Shown in pieces: positions 13,001 to 26,346 of a DNA stretch of 64,000 nucleotides. Within the stretch, counting starts at the first letter, position 1. Each line of letters starts with the position of its first letter. Source of the stretch: Klebsormidium nitens. Lineage: Eukaryota > Plantae > Klebsormidiophyceae. The position numbers and the translations under genes were made by a program. The stretch is from positions 1 through 64,000 of the forward strand of contig DF237434.1 in the NCBI GenBank assembly GCA_000708835.1, given 5' to 3'. Under the pieces are notes generated by a model, which was not told the DNA's origin, made no database searches, and saw nothing but the letters and a program-made list of their open reading frames with translations.

Positions 13001-15949
13001 ACAAGGACGACTCGTATATTTAAAAGGTACACTTCGTCCTTGAAAAGCAAGAAGACAAGAACGTAAATGAGGCCGAGAGCCAGAATGTTCGAGCAATCTA
13101 GGAGGCCCGTAGCACTGAAAAGCTGGGTGAAAAATAGACCAGCCCCTAGCATGAAATACACAGCTACACGGTTTCGACGTGAAGCTCCGTGTCTCCTGCA
13201 TTTAACGTACAAACAAAAGACTGTTGTCTCGAGTAGACCAACGCAAAAAAATTCCATGTTTCCAAACTGAGTTCAGTAGCGGTTGGTGTGAAGAACCGGC
13301 ACTAGGATCGATAGCGCACGGTCAGGATCAGGAGCAACTGCCCGAAGTTGAGAAGCTGAGACGAGCATCGACTCGCCAATCAACCACCTGCTTTTAAAGA
13401 CCAAATCGAAAAGCACTCCCAGCTCGAAATGATGATAAAGAAAAGGCGTAGGGTTCAAGTGCGCACCTGTCAAAGAGCTGGAGGGCCCTGTCGAGGCCGA
13501 GGTTGCCCTTGACGCAGGCGTTGATCATGTTGCTGAACGTGTAGGCGTCCAGCGGCAGGGCCCGCTCCTCCATGTCCTGGAACAGTGAGAGCGCCTCGGG
13601 GACCAGCGAGTTGCGCGTGTAGCACGCCAGCATCTGGAGGGAGGGCAGGGATAAAAATGACGTCATGTGAATGGATTGGAGTGTGTGTGAGTGTCTTCTC
13701 GATCTATTGGAAACCGAGGACGAAGAGTCGGTGTAAGGTTCCAAGATTGAGGGACTACAGCGGAAGCTGTCCCTCGCATATGCACCAGCATTGTACAGGG
13801 GGAATGAAAAGAATGGAAGGAAAGTCGTTGCTTTTGAAAGTGACATTGGGAGCTGTGAAATGCGTGTGATAGTAAGAGAGAGACTGCAACAAGAATTCTC
13901 TCTCAATGCGATTGTGTAATTGCTACGAAGTCCCCGGTAGTTTCGCAACAGCATGCAAAAGAATAAACGAGGACGGGAGAAGAACTGAAAACACGCCGCG
14001 TCGCATATGCATCTGTGGGCTGAGGATTAACCAAAGAGACACCATTCTTCACTGATCCCCTTTTCAGTTGAATGGCACGTTTTCAAAGGCAATAAAGGCC
14101 CCAATCAATATACCCGTGTCCAACCAGAACTAAGCAGTTCAAAAGCAGAGCGCCCTTTTCCGACTCCGGACTCGAACCTGTTGTCTTTCACAAAGCATAC
14201 CGCCCCCAAAGGAGATCACCGCTTCTGTCCCTCCTTTGATGTGCCAAACAAGAGGGGATCGTTGAAGCACAACCACGAATACCAGGTCCAATCTTCCTCT
14301 CCATGGGCCTCGCATGTCAGACTGGACAGATTGACACCCGGGCTTACCGCGTTGTAGTGGAAGATGTTGCGCTCGACCCCCTCCTCCTTCATTGTGTCAA
14401 AGATCTTTTTTGCGGCTGCCACCTGGTGGCTCCGGCCCAGTGTCGCAATGATGTTGGTGTACGTGTATGCGTTGGGCTTTTGGTAGCGAGATGCGTGCAT
14501 CCAGTGGAAGACTGCCAGCGACCGGGGCCAGTCGTCCTGCAAACATTGACGTGAAAATTAAGTATACTTTTCTTCTGGTTCTAAGAGTCACCCTGCCCCT
14601 TTGCTGGGCCACGGCCAAGTGGTGAGACACAGAAGATGCTTATTGAAGGAATTTATCATAAGGCTAGTAATTCTTACGCAGCCTGGGTGAAAGGGGCGGT
14701 CACAATATATTAGACGGGTAGATGACTAGAGTGTAGCGGGAAGCTAAGGTGTCATCCTTGCTCAGAGCTAAAGGAGGCCAAAAAAAAAGCACAAAAGCAG
14801 CAAAGCATTCTGCGGGAGAGACATGTCTCTAGAAAGCGAAATCATGCCAGGGGGTTTGAAGCGGTCAGGTGTTCAATGAGTACTCACTAAAGTTGGCTAG
14901 TAACAAGGGAGAGAGTAGTAAGTTGGTCAGACTATTTTTGGGCCCACTCGCCAAGCGTTGGAATAAGGAAGCAACCAAGAATCGCAATATCTTGGAAGAA
15001 CAGGCATTTAACCACACCACCAGCCATATCGAAACATAAAGAGCACACTTCATACCACCAGCTATCGCAGAAGCAACTGAAGCTTTGCAAGTGAAGAATG
15101 CCGGCAGAGGGGGCAGAAAAAGAAGTGACACTGTGCGACCACCTTCATCATCAGAGGAGACACAAGATCTTCTATTTCGAAATTGCATGGCTGTGAAGTG
15201 TTGTAAAAGGGGGAGCAAACCCAGAGACACAGCATATTGAAGAGTTGCGCTAGGAAGCTGTACACTTGATTGTGATTCTTCACAAATGTGAGGAAACCTC
15301 ACTCTACTTGTTCACATAATGCAGGAGGAAGCTTCAACAGAAGTGGTACAGTACTACAGAAAATCTGAGATTGATGGCTACCCACCAGTTTGCCGAGCCC
15401 CTTCACCACGTCATTCAGCGACTCCACACTGGCCCGCCCCGCATACTCTGTCATGACATCGTCGATGCTGGCGCCAGCTGGCAGCCTGCCGAGCGCCCGC
15501 AGCAGTTCCTCTGCTCGGCCCCGCGTCCGCATCCCCGTCGCCTCCCACTCGATGCTCTCGCGCACCCATTTCCTCGCGCTCTTCTTGTCCACATTCCCGC
15601 GCCTCCACCTCTTCTCCAAGTCCACTTGTGCGAAGTCCTCAGAGTCGACATTGGACGACACCTGGCTCTGATGGCTGGGTGTCGGTTGCAGAGAAAGGGA
15701 CTCGCTGGCTGGTGTAGCGAAAGGTAAGGGCAAGCGACCATTATCAGGGGAGGGGCGAGGTTGCAAGTCTGCCACGGCCCGGCAGAGGAGAGGTCGAGAC
15801 CGCAAGCTTAAACAACGCGTCAATGGCACCGTCGCTTTGAAGCCGGCATTGCGTAGCTGGCACTCGCTCCCAACGTCGTCACTCAACCTCGACACCCAAT
15901 GTGAAGAGGCCCTGGTATGCAAGAGCAACGACTCTGCAGCGGCCGCCAT
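10002..15949 (-). CDS. P-class pentatricopeptide repeat protein, probably organelle-targeted, with acidic C-terminal tail
   Basis: In-phase exons 15949-15386, 14536-14348, 13633-13467, 12787-12390 and 11401-10002. Many 35-aa PPR motifs are present (e.g. PNAYTYTNIIATLGR, PDVVTYSALVAACA, PNEATYTAVLDAL). The first repeats resemble pTAC2, but no SMR domain is seen. Confidence 0.92.
11363..11950 (-). repeat. Array of about 125-bp units copying the acceptor and start of the last PPR exon
   Basis: TTGCAG|AGGCCGGCAGCATCGTYGAAGTRAT occurs with AG at 11403/2 (real), 11531/0 and 11652/1. More decayed copies lie near 11750 and 11910. Confidence 0.9.
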
Positions 15950-16049
15950 GTTGTTGACGTCCCTGAGTCGCTTGCGAGTGAGCTGTAGCCTGTTCCTGCC
16001 CAGCACCCGAGTCTATATACTGGCACTGATTATACTGGTCATGAGATTT

Positions 16050-16057
16050 TAGGGTTT
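16050..16057 (-). promoter_or_regulatory. Telo-box-like motif AAACCCTA about 100 bp upstream of the PPR ATG
   Basis: Exact 8-mer in the typical 5'-proximal position. A single short motif could be chance. Confidence 0.3.
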
Positions 16058-16909
16058 GACTCCGAAGCTTTTACAGTTACCTGAGGTCCGTTACCTTTAC
16101 CGGTCAGAGCGCCGCGACCAGCTAGCTTTCTTAGTCTAAAGTCGCGCGGGCCTAGTTGCCAGCGCGTTGGTAGGCCCGTCGAAGGACGTCCGCACTTGAG
16201 CACATGTGTTCAGGATCAGCATCGACCGGACTGAGCCGTCAGAGATCTAGGCTCTCTTAGAAGAATTACTTCATGCATATGCCAGCAATGAATTATTCAT
16301 GTTGTCGATCATGGATTGGCTGGCCGCGCAGCCGTGGCACTGATATTCCGATTGAATGAACACCCACTGAGGACGCTCACGCGCTAGAGTACGCGTCCCG
16401 TTCTCTTGTATAGGATGTATAGGGTCTCAATTCAACTGGTGCAAGCCTAGCTGTTAAAGCTGCAGGTCTCGGATCTGACTCAGTATATCCCAATTGCTAG
16501 GCAAAGTACGGTCGTGCACATAATGACAGGGGCGGCACGTGCAGCTAGATTCATTAGCAGCAGATATTGGAACCTGAGCTGCAAGGAACTCAACGTTTTA
16601 TGCCTCATAGACAGCGTAGCTAGCACAAAGCTTCCAGCAGCAGTAAGAAAATCAAGCATCTGAGCATCGAACAACCTGACCGAATCGTAAAGCATATTGC
16701 ACATAGTGCTTGGTGAGTAAATCGGTTGGTCGCCACTTCGCAGGACTCTGAGGCTTGTGCTAGCCACTTTATTGGTGCACGAAGCCCCTTAAACACATTG
16801 TAACTTAAACCTTCGCGACTTTCTACATGTAAACAGGATAAGCTGTACACTTGAATGCCGATATCGACGAAGCCCTCTGTTGAAAGTTCTGTAATTGTAT
16901 CGCTCAATC

Positions 16910-19900
16910 TCATTCAATTGCGTTCTGGAGGATTCCAATTCCTTCCACCGATATCGTGACGGTATCACCAGGCACCAGCCACCGTGGCGGCTTGAAGCCC
17001 GCACCAACACCTGCAGCCCAATCGACGAAAACCAAAGAGCGTCAACTGGCAAGCTCCCTTAGTTCGTTACCTTTACACACCACGCAATATAGCGATGCTG
17101 GTGCTGTCACGTACATTTCACCTTCGACCACGTTTGAAAGTGAAGCATTGTTTCCGGCCTGAGGATCAATGATTAAGCCTCAGCATGTTCGCTTGGTGCA
17201 GATTACAAAGTCAACCGCGAACTCCAACTTTGGACAGATGAGCATCGCAGCAGAGCACCAGGTTCAAAAAGGGCCTTCGATTGAAGCCGCAAAGGCTTCT
17301 ACAGGGAAGCCAAAGGCAGCAGCGACTCTACAACGGACGGGTGCCGTACCTGCAGGGGTTCCCGTGGCGATGATGTCACCCGGCTGCAGCGTGACGGCCG
17401 CCGAGATGGTGTGAATGAGGTCCCGGATGTCGAAGATCATCTCCGATGTGCGGGACTCCTGCGACAGAAAGCTTGCGTGATCACATTTGAACGACTTTTG
17501 TTTAAAAGCCAAGTTGAATCTTGCTGATAGATAAGGTAACCTTTCGGTCGTGAGCTTAAATCTGTGCAAACATGCGAACGTTCTCGTTCACGTCAGCAGT
17601 TTCGGCGTGCTGAACAATAGGAGCTAGTCTTTAAGCAGAAGTTTTAAACTGCGATTGGCAAATTGACATTGTAGACTATCTTCCGGGACTAGATTTGGGC
17701 CCATTTCGGCTCTTCTTCTAGGGGCGATTCGGTTTGGGGTCCTTTTCACCTGCCGCAGCTCCTCGTTGACCCAACACTTGATCCCCAGGTTCTGACCGTC
17801 GATTTGGGAGGCGGGGACGATCCAAGGGCCGACAGGACAGAACGTGTCGACGCTCTTGCCTAGGAACCACTGCAGGACGAAGCGGAGACGAAATCAGGGT
17901 CTCTCAGCGTTCACGCATCTTCGATAACCCAGGTCTACAAAAGCATTTGGCCCGGTCTATGGATGGGACCTAGACAACGTTTTGCAGTGGTTGACGTCTT
18001 CTTCCTGAACCGTATGGAATTGGCAGATGGTAGAAGGGGCCCCTGAGATGCATGCGTTGACATCACTCGTCGGAAAAGCCATCACTCGTCGGAAAGGCCC
18101 GAGAGGCTTTCAGATATCCAAGATCTTTGCGTCTCTACATTTACCGCAAAAGAATACATGACGGACAGCAGTTGTTGTTCAGTCTCTGGCCGGAGCGACT
18201 CTGGAAAACAGAGGGGTTTTGCTTTCGACCTTGCCGTTCGAGGCGCGTTCTTGAAGCAACGACAATGTCTTCCTTCTCTGCGTCAATCGGTTGGCTTTCG
18301 AACGGTACATTCAAAATATAGCGCTGCCTACAGGACAACAAAACTGCCCGCCTTCCGCTTACTTACCTATGAAACAATATGCTCCAAAGCCTCTTTCACA
18401 AAGGTCGTCTCGTGACTAAGGAGGCACACCGAAGAAAGTTCTATGTGCCCTTTCTCACCTGCTGATGGTTTCTTTGCAGGTCTCGGGCGGTGATGTCATT
18501 GAGAATGGTGTATCCGAACACGTGGCCCAATGCGTCCTCTCTCGAGATGCCGCGCCCGCCGGTCCCGATGACGACAGCAAGCTCTGCATGACGTCAGCGG
18601 GATTACCTTGAGTCACACGATGAGATGCAGTGCACTTTGATTCTTCAAGCAGTGAGGTGACTGAGAGTCGTCTTCCTCCCCTAAGAATCCTCTTCCGGAG
18701 GCAGTCGAAGCTGTGGGCAGATGCTGCTGTACAAAGCCTCCTTTCTTGACACGTCTGCATCGAAATCCTTTTACACCGACCCATTCGAAGCAGTGAGCAA
18801 GGTGAACACACCCGATCTAGAAAAGTGAGTGCAACCCAAGAGACTATCACACTGGGCTCATCGGGCGCTGCAGTCTGACTTCTGTCCATTTTCGACGGGC
18901 TGTGGTCACCACGTGCACTGTTGACATCGGAAAAGCCAACGCGACTCGACCTCCTGTGGCCGAGAACTTAACGGCTGAGAGAGCACTTCGGGAAAAAGTC
19001 CATTCCCTATTGAGACCCGTCCGGACGATATTCTTGTTTGACTGAATGAAACAGAATGACCCTAAAGACACGAGTTTGAACGAACTACAGGTCCACCAAG
19101 GCGGGCGCAACTCGCTCCAGAAAATTGTTAGACTGTACGCGAGAAGACTCTGCTGAAACTGGACAAATCTTCATCTCATGATATATTTAAAAACGCACTA
19201 ATCGTGTGTCCTTTCCCTGATGAAGAAAATTAGCATCCTTGCTTGTACCTGCCTCGTAGTCGACTTCGGATGAGACGCCGTGCGGATACTGTACGGCTTC
19301 CCCCGGACCGATCACCGACTCGGCGGCTTTCGTGAAGATGATAGGAGTCTGCACACGGAACAGCAATGATTCACGCAACTTCTCCTTCTAGAAGGTTGGG
19401 TTTTCATGCTTTTTTGTTTGTGGTATGAGAACGCCCGAGCTATAGGGGCCGGATCTGCACGCAGAACAGCAATGGGGCGCTGCTATCGCTCGAGCTTATT
19501 TGTCGGTGTTGATTTTCAAATCGAAGCTTCATAGAACGTCAGCTCAATGAAATGACTGTCGAAAGGTCCGAGGTGAGGATTAAAGACCTGCTTCTTCGTC
19601 GGCCTTGTCCGACCGCAGAAAGCAAGCAAAGCGAAGTCGAATCTTGAGGGCCGTGTTGCTTTGGAGACACACTCGAGATAGTCTCTGATAGAAGACAGTT
19701 ACAGCGTACTTTGGACGACGCGAGGAGCAACAGCGAGTTACTGTTGTACTCAAGAAAGCTGTCAGTGCCAGAAGGTACAGACCTCTACATGAAACACAGG
19801 ACGTTGGAAACTTCCGGTGCACAACCCGACTCGGGACGAACCAAGAGGTTGATAGGAGTGCTTTTCGGAAAGACATGGAGACTGCCCAGAAGCTCGGCCC

Positions 19901-21478
19901 GGCCACGCTCGTGCACACCGTTCAACACATTTCATATGCTGCAGTGACTTTTCAACCTTCTGATCCAACCTTCTGATCGGGAATAGGTGACGAACACCAG
20001 TACTGACAGGCAAATCTTCGAGAGGAATTGCAGGCGGCCACCGAACCTCGAGCACGAAGCATGCCGCACGAAAAGCTGAAGAACCCTGTGACCGTGTGGC
20101 GAAGCTAATTTCGAGATTGTCAATAAGTAAGAACAATCTGGAATGCGTCAAAGATAGCACTTCGGAGACATCACCGTTCTGGAAGAGTGTCAGCCTCCGA
20201 CAACGGCACAGCTCCTTACACATGAAGCTTTAACAAACTCCGGCCTTCGAGAAAGACAAGATATCCGGAGATGGACTCCACAAATTGAAAAATCGACCCC
20301 TTGACAGTCGTACAAACCAGGATCAAGCAATCCTCTTACGAACCTTGGACTTCCACATCACAAGCACACAAGAATCTTACAGTAGGCACACTAGGCTGCG
20401 TGATCCCGGGGCCCTTCCACGAGTCGACTTCCTTCACGTGCTCCTGGTAGTTCTTCCCAACGCACATGGGGGGCCGCACGACCCGGACTGGAGTCAGCAG
20501 CTTCACGTCCGCCAGGGAGGCGCCGGGGCTGTCTGGTTTACTGATGCTGCAGAAAGTGGGGAAAATACGGAGTAGTGAGCATGGTTGTCAGAAGCTGGAA
20601 AAGTGGGAGTGTTGCAGTATGGTTGATGATTATCAGAGAAAAGGCCTGAAAGCATCTTATCTCGGTGGGCCGTAAAGCTAGCTTCTGAGAGACCTGTGCT
20701 TGCCAGGGATCAAAAAGAGCTTTGCAGGACATGAACTACAAAGTGTCAATGCTGATTCCCATGTTCAATGCGAATCGCCTTTGCTAATGCAAAGAAGCGG
20801 AGATGACAAATAAGATGAGCATAATTCGTTGTTCGATCATCCCAAGCGGTTAATGCAAGAGGACATGGGCTATCAAAAGCGGGCACACCTGCTCTGCAGA
20901 GTGCTCCAGTTCCGAATTACCTCCAGGACCTCCAGATTGCCATGGCCAGGTAGCGCTTCCTCCAGAGGCCTGGTCAAGAGCGATCAAGTGATATAATTTA
21001 GCGCAACATCTGGACAAAGAGCTAATGCCAATGCCTAACAGTCTAGCGTGGCCATGGCAAAGAGAAGCAGGATGGACAGGTAACCAGGAGCCCCAGAACT
21101 CAACAGACTATCACAGGCAGATTGGGAAAAGCAATCTAGAGCCGATCTGAGGATTGTGCAGGACCAACCACATCAACTCTGCTCTACGCGATTTGGACTT
21201 CAGGTAACACAAGCACTCTGCTGACGGTTTAGTTCATACAAATGCACTGTTATCCCTCACCCAACCTCTGTTTCGATCATACCAACAACAATGGAAGGAA
21301 GCAATCAGGTTTGAGTAAAGCAGGCATACTGCATTTTGCAAGATTCCATCAACCAAAGCCCTCCATCAAAGTTGAAAAGTTGATTCCATGTTGGGCAATT
21401 CTCACCAGATCTGACCTCCCTGGATGTATCCAGCCGTTGCCTGACCTTCAACCTCAAAAGTTCCAAGTGCAAAGGATT
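16910..21478 (-). CDS. Fumarylacetoacetate hydrolase (FAH) domain protein, FAHD2-like
   Basis: In-phase exons 21478-21406, 20969-20889, 20546-20381 (CVGKNYQEH), 19348-19249 ([13 protein letters not shown]), 18583-18459 ([16 protein letters not shown]), 17869-17750 ([15 protein letters not shown]), 17458-17350 ([11 protein letters not shown]) and 17010-16910. Probable transit-peptide exons lie further upstream (one ends at 21794; start possibly about 22440). Confidence 0.92.
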
Positions 21479-22799
21479 CTGCAACGCAGAGAGGTAGTCT
21501 GAGAGCGGCAATTCAAAGGAGTGAGACAGCCACAACTTAAACAGCCCGCAAACAAGTTGGGTGGCTATGACACGAAAGTCAGTACATAGCGGTACAAGAA
21601 GCGGAGCGCTATCGTGCAAGGTTCAGGAGCATGAGTGGCATTCCAGAATCTGCTGCTGGGCACAGGATTATCAAATGAAAGAGTGCTCAGTAAGAACTAG
21701 AGCAGGAGAGTGCTCACAAACCTTCTACATTTGCTTTGGCTACCATGCCCCTTGGGCCACAGAATTAGAAGCGGATGTCATCACACAACATACCTGGCGC
21801 CAGGCCCCCTCTGACCAGCTCCCCTGCTGATCCTGTGACTGCAGAAGCTGGAGAAGCCATCAGAGTCCTGTGCCTGACCTCAGGGCACTTTTGCCAAACA
21901 TACGAGCCCCTTTGCACTTGTCTAGCCGTCAAGTACTTGGATGTGTGAAAACCAAAGGGTACCGGCTGATTTGAATGCCGCTCCGCGCTGCAAATCTGTG
22001 ACTGTGGTCTTGATTCCGCTATAAGAATGTCATACTTTGTGTGGAAGCGGCGATGAAGAGTTTGTGACGCTCTGAGAACAGGATTGCCTGCGTTGGGTGC
22101 AAGGTGGCTGCTGAAGAGGGCAGTGCCTAGCTTACAACAAATGCGATCGACGCTGAAGGCCTGCACCATCCTGGAAGAGCTGACGGATCATGGTAAGGCG
22201 ACTTCGCCAGCAATGAACGTGTCTCAGTTCATCAGCACCTCAGAACCAGACCCGGTTGAAGTAATACCCAGATTAACACAGCGGCCCATGAGCTGTGCTT
22301 GCTCCTTGCTGCACTGGCAGCGCCACGGCCCAGCCGCCCTACTTTGAATGCAGCGCCGCCGGCTGAATTGAAAGCTCAAATTGCACGCCACACCAGGCCC
22401 GGCCTCAGGCCCTGGAGGGCCATGCCCATTGAAAACCTTTGCATGGCGGCGTTACGGTTTGGCCCCTGGGCTCTGGCTGGCAGCCCCCCTGCCGCCTTCT
22501 CGGACGGTTCTGAAAGCGTCGGCTACGTTTCATAATTTTTGAGTCCGAGTCCAAACCCAGATGAATATGAACACAGACATTCTGATACATGCTCGACTTG
22601 TAACGCCAGGATGCCATTAGAGTTGAGCCGGCACCAGCCGGCATGAAGGACTGGCACCCTGTCAAACTGAAATCCAGAGGCTGCAGCCATGCCATGTGTT
22701 CAGACTCCTGCGTACGAAACTTTGCTCATCATCTTCTTCCATGCATGTCTCTTGAGGGAGTGCTGGCGCTCCAGGTGCTTTGTGCTGGCTTTGTGTGGC

Positions 22800-25326
22800 A
22801 CCTAGAAGTCGGTCAAAGTGCAAGTAGGAAGCCTTCGACGCCCCTTCGACTTGAGCGCTGAGCCTGGAGGGAAAGATGCCAGACGCGGTTTTGGCAAGGG
22901 AGCCTAATGTCATGACTGGCCACTTTGGAGGGTGTTCTTCTCAGCTCAAGTAGCAACTACCTTCAAGCGGAAAGGTAAGTTTGAAAGTACTGCATCGTCT
23001 CAGAATCAGTGTCTTTCCTCTTAACCACGTGTGACTGGCCCCCGAGCTAGCAACATCAGGGCTGCGAACCTCTCTCAGTGGCTGCTGCCTTGTCTGATAC
23101 AAATGCAGGTCGTTCCTTCAGAGTAGGTGAGGAAAGCACGGCAGCATTGTGAGTCTCTCTGTCACTAAAAAATTGAGCAGTACGATTTTCCATTTTGGTT
23201 CTGCGGTATGGTGGGGCAAATTGTATCGTCTCATCCTCCTGACTTTGTGAAGCAGGGTGAATTTTGAATCCGGTGGTTTCTGAGCTGCGCTTTTCAGTGT
23301 TAGTCTTATGTTGTGCAAGTTCAACGTAGACTCAGTCGTGAGCAGAACCAGGTTCAAGATCAGGATGTGGTATCACCTGCAGTGCATAAATCTGTCTTGT
23401 CTTGTCAAAACCTCACAGAACAAGCAGCAGGCTCCATCATCATGCTGGGTGAAGACACCGAAGATATTAAAATGCAAAATCATTGCAGCGATGGAGTGGT
23501 CCAGAAGCAAGCAGCAATGCATCGTCTTTTGAGCCGATGGGCTGAATGGCTATCGTTGGAGTCAGTAGGAACTGCTATCCGGTCTGATTTCCCACCAGAT
23601 GCCCTGAAGTCGTACTTCTGATCTGCCTAAGGCTTCTACCACTCCAATGCGAATCTTCTCAAGAACGAGGTGTTGGGGAGACTCGTTACAACACCTTGTT
23701 GTCAACTCAGAAGGACCTGTTACCTTGATAGAGAGACCATTCAGCAAGGTTGGCAAAGGCTTCATTGGAATAACTTGCTCCGAAGCAAGTTTAGAACAAT
23801 AGCACCATTGTGCAAGCTGCCCGCTTGAGATACAGTAGCGCAGGCGAGTCGCTGTCTGAGAATTGCTGAGGGGAAAGACATTACAAGCATCACGCAGTTC
23901 TTTTCAAGGCATGCCAATAATGGCAACTCACCTTCCGTCGATCTCCTTGCAGGAAGTCAGCGTTGCGCGCTGTGCGCTGTCTCGCGCTCTGTCTCCACGT
24001 TCAAGCAAATGACAGGAACCTCTTAAGCGGATGGCGCAGCAAAACAAGTACCAGTGTTTTAGCCCGGGCAACAAGAGAAGGCTTGGAGTCATCCTGTTCT
24101 TGTGGATCATCGCGCTCTTGCCTCATGTTGTCCCGGTTGATGGTGAGTTCCTTCACAGACAGGTTAGCTTAGACAGCTTACCCATCTCTGCTACAGGAGT
24201 TACATGTCCGGGCAGCATACTGTGTAGAAACAGTAGTAGGAGGACTTTGTGTGACCAGTAACCTGCTTGTGTCAAAGTATGCGCTACCAAGTTTGTTATG
24301 CGGCAAAACTGGTCAATTTGGTGCAGTAAATTTCAAATCCGAGTCTTCAGTATTGACAGACACCTTTTCCATCCACCCAGCACCTTGCACTTTCGTGGGC
24401 CACATGTACTGGGATTCTGGACAACTGCAAAGTCACTGAACAAGATTACACCCAGATTGAAGGGCGTCTCAGGATCAGTGCACCTTGACCTCAGTTGCTC
24501 AGTGACTGTTTGGTCGCGTCTCCTGGCAGCTTGCTTGACATTGAGTTTGATTGACCGTTCAAAGCTTCGTGAAAGTCACAAGGCGATCAATAATCACCGC
24601 TGATCCCAGCTAATCCACCTGAAGAGTGACCGCACATGTAAAGCGATGTGGACTGTTAGTCTGGTTGGCCGTCTGATTAGAAAGATTTGCAGAGTTTGTC
24701 GGCAGTCTGCCCCCCTCTTTGAAGTGCGCGTCCATTTATGAGTAATCCTTGTTTTGCAGGAAGTGCTAGAGTCCTCCAACAAGCTACCGTCACAACCTGC
24801 CCTCTCATCTTCACAACCGAAGATGTCCAAAGCACGGTAGATGTATGTGGAAATGGTAAGGACTGTCTCTCATCAGAATTCTGCGCGGTGATTTTCGCAG
24901 TTGACGCTCGGATCTAGGTGTTCTTCTCGAGAATCTGGTGTCCACGATAAACGAACAGTCAACACTAAACGAACAGTCTCCACCAGAACAAGCTTTGCAT
25001 TATCAAGTTGCCCTTCAAGCATCCCCAAAAAGGTTTTTCCCTCACGAGATAACGTGTTGAGTGCCCTTTGTCCTGCTCGACTGGTCTCTTGCACATCTGA
25101 AGAAGAGTTTCTACATCGCCGGGGCGTCGTCGTGCGCAGCAACTTCGAGACAAGTATTGATATAGAAGGCGTTTTGCAGGTACCACGAGTTCTGGAAGCC
25201 TCTCCTTTGGTCCCCAATGCTGCAGACGTGTTGATGGCTTACTGTACCAGTCGTGGGTTCGCCATGCAAACAAAACGGACCAACTTCTTATATCCAAGGA
25301 TGCAGCTACGGAATGCTTTATGGTGA
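22800..25326 (+). pseudogene. Highly degenerate LSG1-like (large subunit GTPase 1) relic or divergent paralog
   Basis: ORF 24901-25326 aligns by eye with the LSG1 C-terminal half: KRT, SSCP (for CDCPG), HRRGVVVRSN..IEGV (for HREAVQVVAN..IEDV) and LMAYCTSRGF (for LLRAYCASRGY). Weaker upstream fragments are RRP (about 22840) and a frameshifted FWSA (about 23190). G1 and G3 motifs are not intact. The upstream boundary is approximate. Confidence 0.5.
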
Positions 25327-26346
25327 GCGAAGGATGGGGATACTAGAAAAGCTATGCAGATCCATGCGCCAGGCTCGATTGTCCTTGGTGCTCCAGCTTT
25401 ATCAACTTATCAAGACACTTTAGATTGACGAACTGTGAGTTAGAAGGATGATGTTCACAACGTCAATCTAACAGCAAGGTCTGTATGTTACCTTACAATC
25501 ATCGGAAGGGCTCGAACCTTCAAAAAAGGCTCGTTATTTCTAGGCTTGTCTTTCACATCGCCTATCCGACTCAATTGATTGAGAACTACATCAAAGATAT
25601 ATCTAGGAGATTTCATAAAATGGTTCCTCATCAGATTCTCCTAACCTATCTCAGGTTTTGGAGGCAGCCCTGGCGGCGGTCGGCTTTCCAAGAAACGGGT
25701 TAGCAACCTGCTTAGGGAATAGCACCAAGCTGTGGAGACCTGCTTGCGGAGATACTCTGACAACTGTAGCAGCTTTCGAGAAGTTGACGAACTATTCGTA
25801 CCCTGGTAAGAATGATCACCGACCAAGTTCTAAGATGCTTGAGTTAGATCCGTTGCCCCGCAGATTGCAGTACTCCGTTCAAAATCCTTTTCGATTGGTA
25901 AAAGGATTTGGACTCTTTAACCTTTTTACTTTAAGCTTGCTTATTGTCGAATTTTTCTGCATGCACAAGGAACGCCGTTTTGACACAGAGTGCTGGTGAA
26001 TACTAAACATTTGGATTTCTAGCAGTCAAGTTAGCAAGGGGATGTATCGACTACGTTGGCCCATCTTGGCACAGATCTGATTCTCAGAAGGTTGCGATAG
26101 GGCGTCTCAAACTGATGTTAAATATAGAAAGCCCCGATCTTGCTTGGTCGCACCTAGTGGACGTTGTGGCTTCCTACTTCTTTTTGGGCAGCAACTGCTT
26201 TTCTGTTTCACCTTGCTCGTTTTACCTTGCTACTCAGAGAGTTTCTCGTTTCGAGTTGAAAAGCTTTGCACGGTATGAGAGTTCGTGGTAAAACAGCTCG
26301 TAAAAGCAGAGCGACGCGCCATAAGAGAGGCTAAGGGACGCAAAGC

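Noticed and set aside
14160-14220. GGTTCGAGTCC B-box / tRNA T-loop on the minus strand (also ggttcgactc near 50187)
   Set aside because: No A-box, acceptor stem or cloverleaf, so not a tRNA or an evident SINE.
20890-21510. Apparent plus-strand exons resembling the LSG1 N-terminus (..RSDL)
   Set aside because: Two of the three pieces are the antisense of in-phase FAH exons, and the third lies in an FAH intron.
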